From Selaginella moellendorffii (taxonomy: Eukaryota; Plantae; Lycopodiophyta), in the NCBI RefSeq assembly GCF_000143415.4, contig NW_003314287.1, positions 1,385,514 to 1,449,513 on the forward strand: 64,000 nt of DNA, in the 5' to 3' direction. Every line of letters begins with the position of its first letter. Position 1 is the stretch's first letter. Both the position numbers and the translations under genes were made by a program. This document shows positions 36,087-46,971 of the stretch, piece after piece. A model generated the notes under the pieces. That model saw nothing but the letters and a program-made list of their open reading frames with translations, ran no database searches and was not told the origin of the DNA.

Positions 36087-36306
36087 ATGGTTGAGATGTA
36101 TATTTTATTAATTGCTTGCCTGTTATGGCTAGTAGCCGATGCCACCACAAATTCTACTGCTGGGAGGGTCGTGTTTACTACGCTCTCTCATGTTTTGTGG
36201 TGAATTTGTAGCTCTTCACCGGAAGTGTGGTCCAACTTTTTACCCCTGTTTACCTTTCAGTAGCATATGTTGCTCATTTTGTACTTTGCTTTTTTGTGCT
36301 TGGTGA
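36087..36306 (+). CDS. Knottin (ICK, conotoxin-like) precursor gene; splice donor reads GG instead of GT
   Basis: TATA at ~36057. Exon 1 MVEMYILLIACLLWLVADATTNSTA is a signal peptide. Acceptor TTGTAG at 36211, then exon 2 LHRKCGPTFYPCLPFSSICCSFCTLLFCAW*. Confidence 0.7.
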
Positions 36307-36726
36307 ATTGGTTATTGTGATTTATATTTTGATTTCTTTTCTAGCTTAAATATTTCTCATCACCTAGTTTTGGAGCCCCTGACCTGGACGTCGGCCACCT
36401 TCTGGCCCAGCTCTCCCGTTTTCTCTGCTTTCGTTTTATATTTCTAAAACTTTGTCTGTGTACAATCGCAGGGCTTCGAGAAGCTATCTGATCACAGGGA
36501 CTGCACATTTGAGGCGCTCACTGTGCAGTTTAACATGCACAGTGTCCTGATCTCTGGACTCTCCAGACATTGCTCGGCATTTAGGTGCATTTTCACTACC
36601 AGCAGGTGCTGTGGGTCCATTGCAGCCGGATTTCAACAAGTTGTTCAACCTGAACTGTCCTATGCTGACCGCATCTCGTAACGAGGGTGATTTGTCAGGT
36701 CGTTTTGATTTATAAAATTTTCTCCT

Positions 36727-37796
36727 TCAATTCTCGTACAAGAATTTAACAACTATACCATTGAAAGCTTTAGGATTGTCAACTTGAGGAGCGTGCGCTG
36801 CTCCAGGGATGATCTCCAGTTTGGAATCACTCAGATGCCTGTTGGCAAATCGCACATATCAAAACCAGCACAATCTAAAAGCTCATCTTACCTCTGCAAA
36901 CGGTGAGCAAGGTCCACAGTAAAGATTTGATCATTCTCCCCCCACAGAATGAGCACGTCCTGACAACAAAAATTGGGTGAATGTTTTTTCTTCTCTTTCG
37001 CTTCCAACCTGAACGAGTTGAGGAACCACTGGTGGGTTTTCGACCGATCCAATCGCCATGCCATCCAGCAGCTCAAGCCGGTGCTCCCGATTGTAGCAGA
37101 GAACCTGTCCACACAAAATCTCATGAGAACTTCCCCGACCGAGCCAGTGTTTGTTACCTCTTCTATGATATCTTCCACCAGGCAGTCTGGAACAAGAGCC
37201 AGCTTCTTCTGAGTTGCAAACTCCATAGTCTTGCGAGCAACTTGAACGCTTCTCGGCATCAAGACATCGGCCGGATGAGCGACGCCACCTCCAAATCTCT
37301 CCAACATTCGCTGCGAGTCACCGTGATCCATCGCAACCCCGGAGCTCGCCAGCACCACTCTAGCGATCCTCTCTGGGTACAGATGCGCCATCCAGAACGC
37401 CACCATTCCTCCGTAGCTCGTCCCGAGAGCGTGAACCCTGTCCAGAACTTGGAGCTCGTCCAGCATCAGCTTCATACACTGGGCTTGGAAAATCTCGCTT
37501 CTTTCGCCCGACTCGGTCGTAGATTCCCCAAAGAAGAGTAAGTTCGGGACGTAGACGTTGAACTTCTCCGTGAAAGCCAGCAGCTGGTTTTCCCACTCGA
37601 GGAGTGCGTTGAAAACAAAGCCATGGAGCAAGAGTAGTGCAGGCCTCCCCTCTTTTGCTGCTGAAGGAACCCAGCAATCCAAGGTAGTGTTGCCAGCTTC
37701 TATCTTCACTTGCTTTTGCTGCAGCCCACACCTCCTCATGAGTTTTCTTCCCTGCTGGAGCCTGAATTTGATGAGATTGATTCCCAAACAACCCAT
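36727..37796 (-). CDS. Alpha/beta-hydrolase (Abhydrolase_1/6), 4 exons
   Basis: LLLLHGF, YVPNLLFFGES, GTSYGG nucleophile, ILWGENDQIF, GAAHAPQVD. Confidence 0.9.
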
Positions 37797-37988
37797 CTCT
37801 TGCTCGAGTCTTCGAACAGTCCCAAATCTCAAATATATACCCTTTCCTGCCGGCCGCAGAGTCTTCGCACGTCTCTAAGTGACCAATGCAAAGAAAAAGT
37901 AATTCCAACACAACTACCTATAGTACTTACAAACCGCGTGAAAATATAGCTGTTGTATTATTTCACACTTTAGTCACAGTTGTGAATT

Positions 37989-39862
37989 TTAATCACTATC
38001 GTCGTTAATAAATCTTCGACCAGCCTGTATCACCAAGAGATAGATTAGTTTGTGCTAGAAAGACAATCAATTTACCTCCGCCATTGACCTCTTCCGGTTC
38101 ATTTGCTGCGTTCGCATCTTATCTGCCACGGACATGTGTTGTTTCTGTAAAAGAACATCACCATCATAGAAGAAAAACAAGATAAACGAACTTACTTTCT
38201 GTTTAGCGCCTTGCGTACGCTCTTTTGCACCCCGAGGAACAAAATCAAAGATCTCGTGCAGAAGGCCGTTCTCCTGTTGAGAAGCATTTCAGAAAAAAAA
38301 AGAAGGACAAACAAAAAAGCGTGGTTTTACGTACCTGCATATGCTTTTGGAAACCCTCCGCAAGGAATCGTCGAAAAGCATTTAGCTATAAAGAAACAAT
38401 AAACCACCAAAAAAAAAGAACTGAAATACCATTACCTGAACAGTTTGGGTCCACGTATTGACCTTGAGAGCATCACCATGTTTGAACTTTATAGATGTCT
38501 CGGGGCACACGCCTTCTTCAATCGTTGCCAGCATTTCCCTGAAGGTGCTCCTTTGTTCGGACCTTTCTTTCTTTGTCTGACCCTGCTGCCTGCTAGAATC
38601 GATCGCAAGCGCTTTCATTTGCTCCACAACTTGCATTTCAGTCATTCCCATGCTGTCGAGATCATTCCCGATCTCGCAGAGAAGAGCAACAGCCTCTCCG
38701 GTAGCCTTGCGGACTCCCAAATCTTGAACGTCCAATAACGAAGAAAGAACCGAGCCGTTCCTGTAAAATAATCGACTCGTAAAAACCAAATAGAAATAAA
38801 CACGAACGAGGATAGCTGAAGCGCGATCTTGTCCGAACTCAACGTTGTAAGAAGCAACGTCCAAGCGGAAATAGCCGCCGCCTTTACTTGCGGCGTTGGT
38901 TTATTTGTGCCAAGTGTCTGTAGAAGCCAAAGTTAGTCCACCAGTACGTGTGCTTTTAACGTGTGCTACCTGATCTGCGTGAACGGTTCCTTTGTGAGAA
39001 AGGATCTGCCAGAAAGTTTCCATTGCGGTTTCCGTCGACGCGACGTCCACGCCTCCAATAAATGCCAAAATCGCAAGCGCTTCAATGGCCTGGACAAGAT
39101 CAAGTTGCTCAGGACACAATCATCAATGCAAAGGACATCAGTACCGAAACTCTTGCTGCTGGCGTGGAGCCGAGTTTCGAAAGCCTTGCGAGGTGGGGAA
39201 GTGACTCCTTAAAGACGTGCTCCGACACCTCCCCGGCCCCAGCGGTTATGGAAAGCATCCCTACGAAGACGATGAAACAAATCAGACACTCATGTGTCAC
39301 AATAAAATAGAAGTACCTAGAGCACGACTCGCAAGAACAATCTCAGCAGATGATCCACGCCTCACGGAGGACAGGAACTGATGTGCGAGCGTCGCGTACC
39401 TAGAATTGTTTTTGTACGACGTTAGAGAAGGAAGTATCACAAGAAAAAGACCCGCGCACGTACTTATTTTCAACATAGTCCGTCATGACTCTTGTACTAA
39501 ATGAGTTGAGCAGCCCCTTCAAGCCTGCCTCTCGGGTGCTTGATCTAAAAGTGCATACTTAGTCCAAGTGAGAACAGGAGCAAAAAAGAAAAACAATGAG
39601 TACCTCTTCTCGTATAAAGAATCGACATAATCATCTAAAACACTGTCCTCGTCCACCTCCTTCTCCGCCTCCTGAGCCATCGTCGGCTCCGAAGACCCCG
39701 ATGCTCCCATCGACGAGGTGCTACTAAACGTATCGTCATCCGAGTCGTCCACGAACTTTACACCACCCTTGCGATTCCTGCCTGCAAAATCGAGAGAAAA
39801 AAGAAAACCAGCGTAAGAGAAAACACACACCCAACACGAAAAGACCACTCACTCTTCCCCAT
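37989..39862 (-). CDS. Interferon-related developmental regulator (IFRD/SAT32-like), multi-exon
   Basis: LDDYVDSLYEKR, VRKATGEAVALLCE, KKERSEQRSTFREML, GFQKHMQENGLL, RTQQMNRKR. Confidence 0.88.
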
Positions 39863-39930
39863 CTCGTCGTCTTGATCGCCAGAAATCCCTAAGAACCTAT
39901 AACGTAGAAGAAAGAAAGAAAAATTCCTCT

Positions 39931-40158
39931 CTAAGCGCACAAACGAGCATGAAAGACGCGACTCAATCTGTGCTGTCTACGCCGTTGTCTCCTGTCCCCA
40001 GAAGAATTGGTGGGCGGCGCAGAGGCCGGGGGGGAGTGGAAGGCGGCGGTGCCAGTAGCACCACAGATGGAGGTGGGCACACACCTTTGGGACCTCCTCA
40101 CAGCTCGCGATGTCTTCCTCAGCCCTCGATTTCCACACACTACCTCTATCTCCTCCAT
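39931..40158 (-). other. 75-codon upstream ORF in the IFRD 5' leader
   Basis: ATG 40158, stop 39931, ending 68 nt before the IFRD ATG on the same strand. Confidence 0.6.
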
Positions 40159-40219
40159 CGCCCTCTTCCGCTCGCTCTCTCTGCTCGCGCCCTAAAATGA
40201 AAACACTTTTTGGATTGCC

Positions 40220-40665
40220 CTAAAGGTATTGATATAGTGATGACACGTGGACGGCCGGAGATCCGGTCGAGATTCGCATATGTCTTTTCTTATATCCTGC
40301 AAACAAAAGAGATGAAAGAACTTTTAAGATCATGAGTAGCCTGGTCGAAGATTGCCGTGGGAATTGCGATGGCAGCCACAGCATTTGGAAAGTCGACGAG
40401 ATCCTCTTCTCTTGCCTTTCTTCCTTTGCGAGAGCAGATTTGGCAATCAAGAAAGGAGGAAGAAACTTGAGCTTAAAACCAGCGTGAAAGCTTTTAATTG
40501 CCTGATCTCGCGTGTATCCAACTTTGAGAGGTACTCGATGACTGCTTGCTTGAAGCACAACGTCTCGTCGAAGTAGCGCTGTTGTCTATGTTCATCCACG
40601 ACGCTGTGATTCATTCGAGAACTAGTCAGTCGGAGAAACGAGGCCCCACAGGCCCAATCTTGAGC
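40220..40665 (-). pseudogene. Degenerate tandem duplicate of the formamidase 3' end
   Basis: Matches 40760-41160, including introns (GGAGAAACGAGGC, GAGAGGTACTCGATG, CAGCATTTGGAAAGTCGACG), with deletions. Confidence 0.85.
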
Positions 40666-40679
40666 AACTAGACTGCAAG

Positions 40680-42288
40680 TTATATAGTTACCATAACCAG
40701 GGAGCCTATATTAGATTCGCACTCTCTCAGAATCATCTTTTCTTCTTTGGTTTTATATCCTGAAAACAAAAGAGATGAAAGATTAGAAGCCATAGGAATG
40801 GACTCATAAGATCATGACTAGCCTGATCGAAGATTGCTGTGGGAATTGCGATGGTAGCCACAGCATTTGGAAAGTCGACGATGCTCGAGATCCTGCTCTC
40901 GCAAGGGCAGCATGACAGAAGGAGGTAGATCTGGCAGTCGAGAACGAAGGAAGAAAGTTGAGCTTAAAACCAGTGTGGAGCTGTTACTTGCCTGCTCTCT
41001 TGTGTATCCAAACTTCGAGAGGTACTCGATGGCATTGAGGACTGCTCGCTTGAAAGACAAGGTCGTGTCGAGGTAGTGCTGTCGTCCGTGTTCATCCACG
41101 CTGATTCCTTCGAAAACCAGCCAGTCGGAGAAACGAGGCTCGATAGGCCCGATCTCGAAGAATGGTTGCGCGTGTAGATTCGTTGGGCTCATGTAGTCTT
41201 TCATTCCACCACGCAAAATCTCGCATCTTTTGTAAACAAGCAAAGAACTTTAAGCTCGTCTCTAAGATCAAGCGCGGAATGGTACCTTAACGTGAGAAAT
41301 CCGTTCATCTCGATCCCTCCACAGAAAGCAATCTCGCCGTCACCCTGGGAGAAGTGCATGTCTCCCATGCTGAGATTAGCACCCTCCACGAACACGGGGA
41401 AGTAGACTTTGCATCCCCTGGAGAGGTTTTTAATGTCGAGGTTTCCACCGTTTTCTCGGCCGGGGACTGTTCTTGCGGCTTCGGAGGCAATTCTTTCCCA
41501 ATCCGGGCTGCCTTCTTCGATCTGTGACGAAGTTTTCATCGACAAAAAATCAATGAAATAGAGGACAAAAGTGTGGTACCGTGCCAAGTAGAACATTTCG
41601 TTTTGTTGGAAGTGCTGCTACTAGTGGTGAAGAAGAAGTGTCGACCAGAGCTTTCTCTCGAGCGTTCCAAGCTTCCAAAAGTTCTTTAGATGGAGCTGTG
41701 CCAATTAGTCCAGGATGTACCATTCCTGGGAAACGAACGCCTGCAAAAGAAAAAGAAGGATGAGAGAATAGAAGAATTCATCGTTCTTGCCTGGGATGTG
41801 TCTCGACGATGCAAAGATCCCTTCGAAATCCCAGATCGCCTTGGTCGCATTTGGAAAGCGATCGCTTAGAAATCCAAACCCAGGTAAGATCGCAGTGAAG
41901 CCCCATTCCTGCCCAGAAATCGGCCCCAGATCGCATATCTCCACCATCAAGATGTCGCCGGGCATCGCTGGAGCGCCCGATTCATCCACAACGCGCACAG
42001 GACCGCTCAGATAGTGCCCCTAGCATCCATCCAATCCAAGAAAGAATGCGAAATATGAGCTAGTCTTACCCCTGATAGATCCAGAGCCTCTATATCCGCC
42101 ACAGAATCGTCGTTGCGGATCGCTCCACCCGCGCAATCCATCATCTCCACAGTGAAGATCTCGTTCTCCTGGACCTCGGCAATGTGAGGGATGTCCGGAT
42201 GCCAGCGATTGTGGAGCGGGGGCTGCTGCTCGTGCGCCTTCCTGGAGAAATCAACATCGCAAACGCGGCGTGGAGTTCTCGGCGCCAT
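40680..42288 (-). CDS. Formamidase (FmdA/AmdA family), multi-exon
   Basis: PLHNRWHPDIP, HYLSGP, WGFTAI, PGRENGGNLDIKNLSRG, GDMHFSQGDGE, CCPCESRISSIVDFPNA. Confidence 0.95.
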
Positions 42289-42387
42289 AGCGATAGCTCT
42301 CAATTCAAAACAAGAGAAAAAAGATACAGGATATTCTATAGAACCCTAGAGAAATATTCTCTTCTCGGGGAAATTAGGGTTCTTCGC

Positions 42388-42681
42388 TCAGAAGCAGCAA
42401 TCGCAATCGAATGGGCAGAGCGCGGTGCCACCGGCGTCCTTCTTGTTGCACCCCAGCTCCTCTTCGGTGTAGACACTGAATCCCTCCTGCGTTTTCTTCC
42501 TCTTTTCTTCCTGATTCTTCGCGGCATTCTTCTTCTTCTTCTTTACCCTTTTCCTGGCCTTGGGCTGCTGTTCTTGCTCAACCGCTGGCTTCTTCCTCTT
42601 CTTGGCGCTCGATTTCTCTGCGAAAATGGCGTCGATCTCGTTCTCCGCCTTCGCGGTGGAAGCCGCTCTCTTCTCCTCCAT
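42388..42681 (-). CDS. DUF1764 small basic protein, 97 aa, intronless
   Basis: NEIDAIF...KKRK, KTQEGFSVYTEEELG...GGTALCPFDCDCCF. Confidence 0.9.
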   Translation of the reverse strand: MEEKRAASTAKAENEIDAIFAEKSSAKKRKKPAVEQEQQPKARKRVKKKKKNAAKNQEEKRKKTQEGFSVYTEEELGCNKKDAGGTALCPFDCDCCF

Positions 42682-42742
42682 AGAAGCCCTAATCTAAACC
42701 CCTAACCCCACGAAAATATCTATCCTTTCTAGGGCTCCGCCA

Positions 42743-45700
42743 ATGCTGGCCGCTACGAGTGGCGAGGAGCCCGGGCTCCTCGCGACCAAGAGCTGGATGC
42801 TACATTCTGGAGTGCTTGATAGGAGCTGGAGGATTTCTCCTCCTCCTCGAAGGCTCTCCTGTCGCTGCTATTTCAATCCCAACGCTACCAGGAATGTGGC
42901 ATTCCAATCGCGAGGTATGGTATTTCTTCTTTCGCTCTTTTTCTTCGGAAGTGTGCATTCCTGGTTTCCATCGGATTTTCTTTTGTTTCCATCAGATTTT
43001 CTTTCTTTGTGAACAAAGGATGTTCGGTTTTTATCTTGCTTTTCTTGGTAGTCGTGTTTATCATGCCAAAGAGGAGGAATTCTTAGACTTCTGTGATTTT
43101 CTTTGCTTGTGATGCTGATGTAGAGCTTCCTTTGGCAGATTCACAACAAAGCCGATATGGTATTCTAGAAGGAGCCGGGCACAGCAAAGACGACGCGGTC
43201 CAGCGAACAATGCGAAAGTTTTACGAGGGAAGGAATGGACCGCCTCTTCGCATTCTTCCGATTGGAGGCCTCGGAGAGATTGGAATGAACTGCATGCTCG
43301 TCGGGCACTATGATCGCTATATCATGATCGATGCTGGACTTATGTTTCCCGAGTAAGCAGTCTCGACACCTTTTGTTACTCCTGTTTCTGCTTGTTGAAT
43401 GCGTTTGGTGCTTTACTTACAGGCATGCTGTCTTCCTGCAAGCAGTTATGAGGATTTCGGGGTGGTGAAAGTTCTTCCCGACACGACGTTCATTTCTCGC
43501 TGGAAGCACAAGATTGAAGCTGTGATTATTACGCATGGGCACGAGGATCACATCGGTGCATTGCCTTGGGTAATATAACCATTTGGTTTGCTGTTTCTCT
43601 TTCTATTTCCTTTTCTTTTGGTTGCTGACTTGTTACATCTCAGGTTATTCCCGCTCTTGATCCTCAGACACGCATTTACTCTACAAGTTTCACACTCGAG
43701 GTGAGCAACTAACACGTTACTACTGCAAAGCTTCAGTCTTGCACATTTGATGTGTAGCTTATCAAAAGGAGATTGAAAGACTACAACTTCCCATTTGAGC
43801 ATCGATGCCATACATTTACGATGCGAAATCCCTTTCAAGCGGGTCCTTTCAAGGCCGAAGCTATTCGTGTGACTCACTCGATACCGGATTGTTGTGGCTT
43901 GATACTTCGTTGTCAAGATGGAACCATCTTTCATTCCGGAGACTGGAAGGTCTGTTCTGGCTGTCTTGATCACACTTCACTAAAGGATTGTTTCTATTCG
44001 CAGATCGATGAAAATCCGCTTGATGGTAAGATATTTGATCGGAATACACTTGAGGAACTAGGCAAGGAAGGAGTCACTCTGGTAATTGCTGAGTTGAAAT
44101 TTTGGCAGCATTTATGAAATGTATGTCCAGATGATGAGCGACTCTACGAACGTCTTGTCGCCAGGGCGGACAATAAGCGAGACAGATGTTCGAAAGTCGT
44201 TGATGCAGTATGTCACGGAGGCAAAATCTCGGGTTATATCAACACAATTTGCTTCCAACATTCATCGACTTGGGAGTATGAAAGCTGCTGCAGATGCTTC
44301 TGGACGTAAACTAGTGAGTTATAATTAGCTGTTGTTTTTTGTTTCTAGAACTTAACATTACACAGGTTTTCATTGGAACTGCCTTAAAAACGTATATTGA
44401 TGCAGCATGGAAGGATGGACAGGCACCATTTGATCCTTCGATTCTGGTAAGGGTGCATCTGTGTAAAATCTAATTTGGTTGTGTGGCTGTTTACCAGGTA
44501 AAAGCTGAAGATATGGGCGCGTATTCACCAAAAGATCTTCTTATAGTCACGACAGGATCTCAGGTTCGCTTAATATGTTATAGATTCTAAGTTTGAAGGA
44601 CTGTTTGCAGGGCGAGACACGGTCGGCTCTAAATCTTGCATCATTTGGAAGCAGCCGCAGTTTAAAGTTGTCCAAAGATGACGTTATCCTGTATTCGGCA
44701 AAGGTATGTTCGTGAGCTTAAACTTCTGTAATTGTTACATGAACGTTTTGCAGATGATACCTGGCAATGAAACGAGAGTGATGAAGATGCTGAACAGGAT
44801 ATCTGAAACTGGTCCGCATATCATCACTGGAAAAGACAAGCTTCTACATACTTCCGGACATGCCTATCGCGATGAATTGGTACGCACTAATCACTTTAAA
44901 GTGGATTTTTAAAGGTCGGATTGTGCATGACAGCAAGAACTGCTAAGACTCATTCGGCCGCAGCATTTTCTGCCGGTCCATGGTGAGTATACTTTCTTAA
45001 AAGAGCACGAGCAGCTTGGCAGGGCTTCCGGTATTCAGCACACAAAAGTATGTTATAACCTTACTTTTGAAGCTCTCTGCTAAGATTTAAGCTGGCAGGT
45101 TATAAGAAATGGTGAGATGCTCGGAGTCTCGCCTTTACGGAACAGACGGGTCCTCTCTAGTGGGTTTGCTGCCCTTGGAAAGGAGGATTTACAGGTAAGA
45201 GGGATTCTCACCTCGATTCATGCTCACGTCTCAAATTTTGTGAAACAGCTGATGTATAATGATGGGGAAAAAGCATTTGGAACTGCATCAGATCTTCGCG
45301 TGGACGAAAGAAAACACATAGCCTTCGATGGAATTATAATAGTAAGGTACGAAGTTTGTTGTCCTTGAGCTGTCGAACCTTGTTGACTCGTTTGTTTTAG
45401 TATTGAGGTGATACGTGATGCCCTTCTTGAAGACGATGATAATTATGCATCTCGGCTAGATGGTTCGGAATATGGACTACGCGCTCGTATCAGGATCACC
45501 ACTCGGTGTCTTTGGCTGGATCAGGGAAAACTTACGGAAGCACTTCACAGGGCAGCTAATGCAGCCGTTGGAAGCTGCAAGCAAGATGCTGATCTTCAGA
45601 CTGTGGAGCGAACAGTTGCCACAGTGCTCCGGAAGGTAGCACAAAAGTACAACAACAAAAGGCCAGAGGTCGTCGCTATAGCTACAGAGAGAGCCGTTGC

Positions 45701-46589
45701 TCCAAAAGACAAGCTCATCCAGAAGAGGCTGGTCGTGGATGCTGCGGCTCAACTTAAGGTGCTGGTGAGGACAAATGCTGTAAATACCAGAGTCTACGAG
45801 AAAGAGAAGAGGCAGCAGCAGCACGCGGAAAAGGACAACGAGCGACGGCTGTCGGTGCTCACACCAGAATTTAACAAGTTCATGGGTATAGAATCTGTTT
45901 TTAACTTGCTTAGTTTTCTGATGCTGTCCGGATTCTGCAGAGAAAATTGATAAAACTGAAGACGCCGAACCCGTCATCAAACTTCCGAAGGTGGAGGAAA
46001 CAGAAACAGAAGAAGAACGAGTGAGAAAGGCAATCGCTGAGAAGGTGTTGAGAGAAATGAAAAACGCGAGGACCCAAAAGGCGGCTAGGATAGAAGAAGA
46101 GAAGAAGCTACAGCTCGTAGTAACAGTTGACGATGCTGATAAAACACCAGCACCAGCACCAGCACCAGCCACCAAAGTGGAAGAAAGAAAACAAGAGAAG
46201 AACGAAGTACTTTCCATAGCCGAGAAGGAAGCAGACTTGGCAGCCGCAGGGAAAAGCAGATGGAAACCGGAGGCCACCCAGGTGTTGATCCGGCTACGAA
46301 CAGGCATGGACGACAAATTCAGAGAAGCTAAACTCAAGACCCCTCTCTGGAAGGAGATAGCATCCAAGCTTGCTGAGCATGGCTACGAGCACACCCACGG
46401 CCAATGCAAGGCAATGTGGTCGACTCTGGTGAAACGCTACAGGGTACGTTTCTAATGTTCCATTTTCTTTCGAGTAGGCTAAGCTTGTGAGAATTGCAGA
46501 ACATAATCGAGGATGATGGAAGCTCCAACAAAAACTGGCCATTCTTCGATGGAATGCACGCGTATCTGAGCGATGATCCAGACTCGTAA
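42743..46589 (+). CDS. RNJ: Chloroplast ribonuclease J with C-terminal GT-1 trihelix domain, multi-exon
   Basis: Transit peptide; [43 protein letters not shown]; C-terminal [11 protein letters not shown]...LWKEIA...QCKAMWSTL. Confidence 0.96.
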
Positions 46590-46971
46590 ATTACAAAGCT
46601 TGAGGTGAATGGATGTGTCGCTCAAATATTTACATATTTATCTATATATAAGAAGTAGAGGCTCGCAGCCATCCGATCGCAAGCCCGCATCATGGTCATG
46701 GATGCTAAATGGGAGATTGGTGGTACAGGAACTATTGATATCAAAATCATACTGTTTTCATTGCAAGTCATGGTCGAGCTTAACCGAGAAGATTATGATT
46801 GCTGGAAATGATTGGAGGAGGGCAAACGACCCACAGCGTCACCACTGCCTTGGCCTCGAGATCACCCATCGTGCTTGAGATGATCCGCTAAGATCGAGGT
46901 GAGTCAATCTAGACAATCTATCTTTCGAGTTTGTCTTCGCAATAAAAAAGATGGGACGACACAGCAAGACT

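Noticed and set aside
45477-46367. 296-aa minus-strand ORF
   Set aside because: Antisense to the RNase J low-complexity exons.
46240-46589. Trihelix domain fused to RNase J as a novelty
   Set aside because: The C-terminal GT-1 domain is an established feature of plant RNase J.
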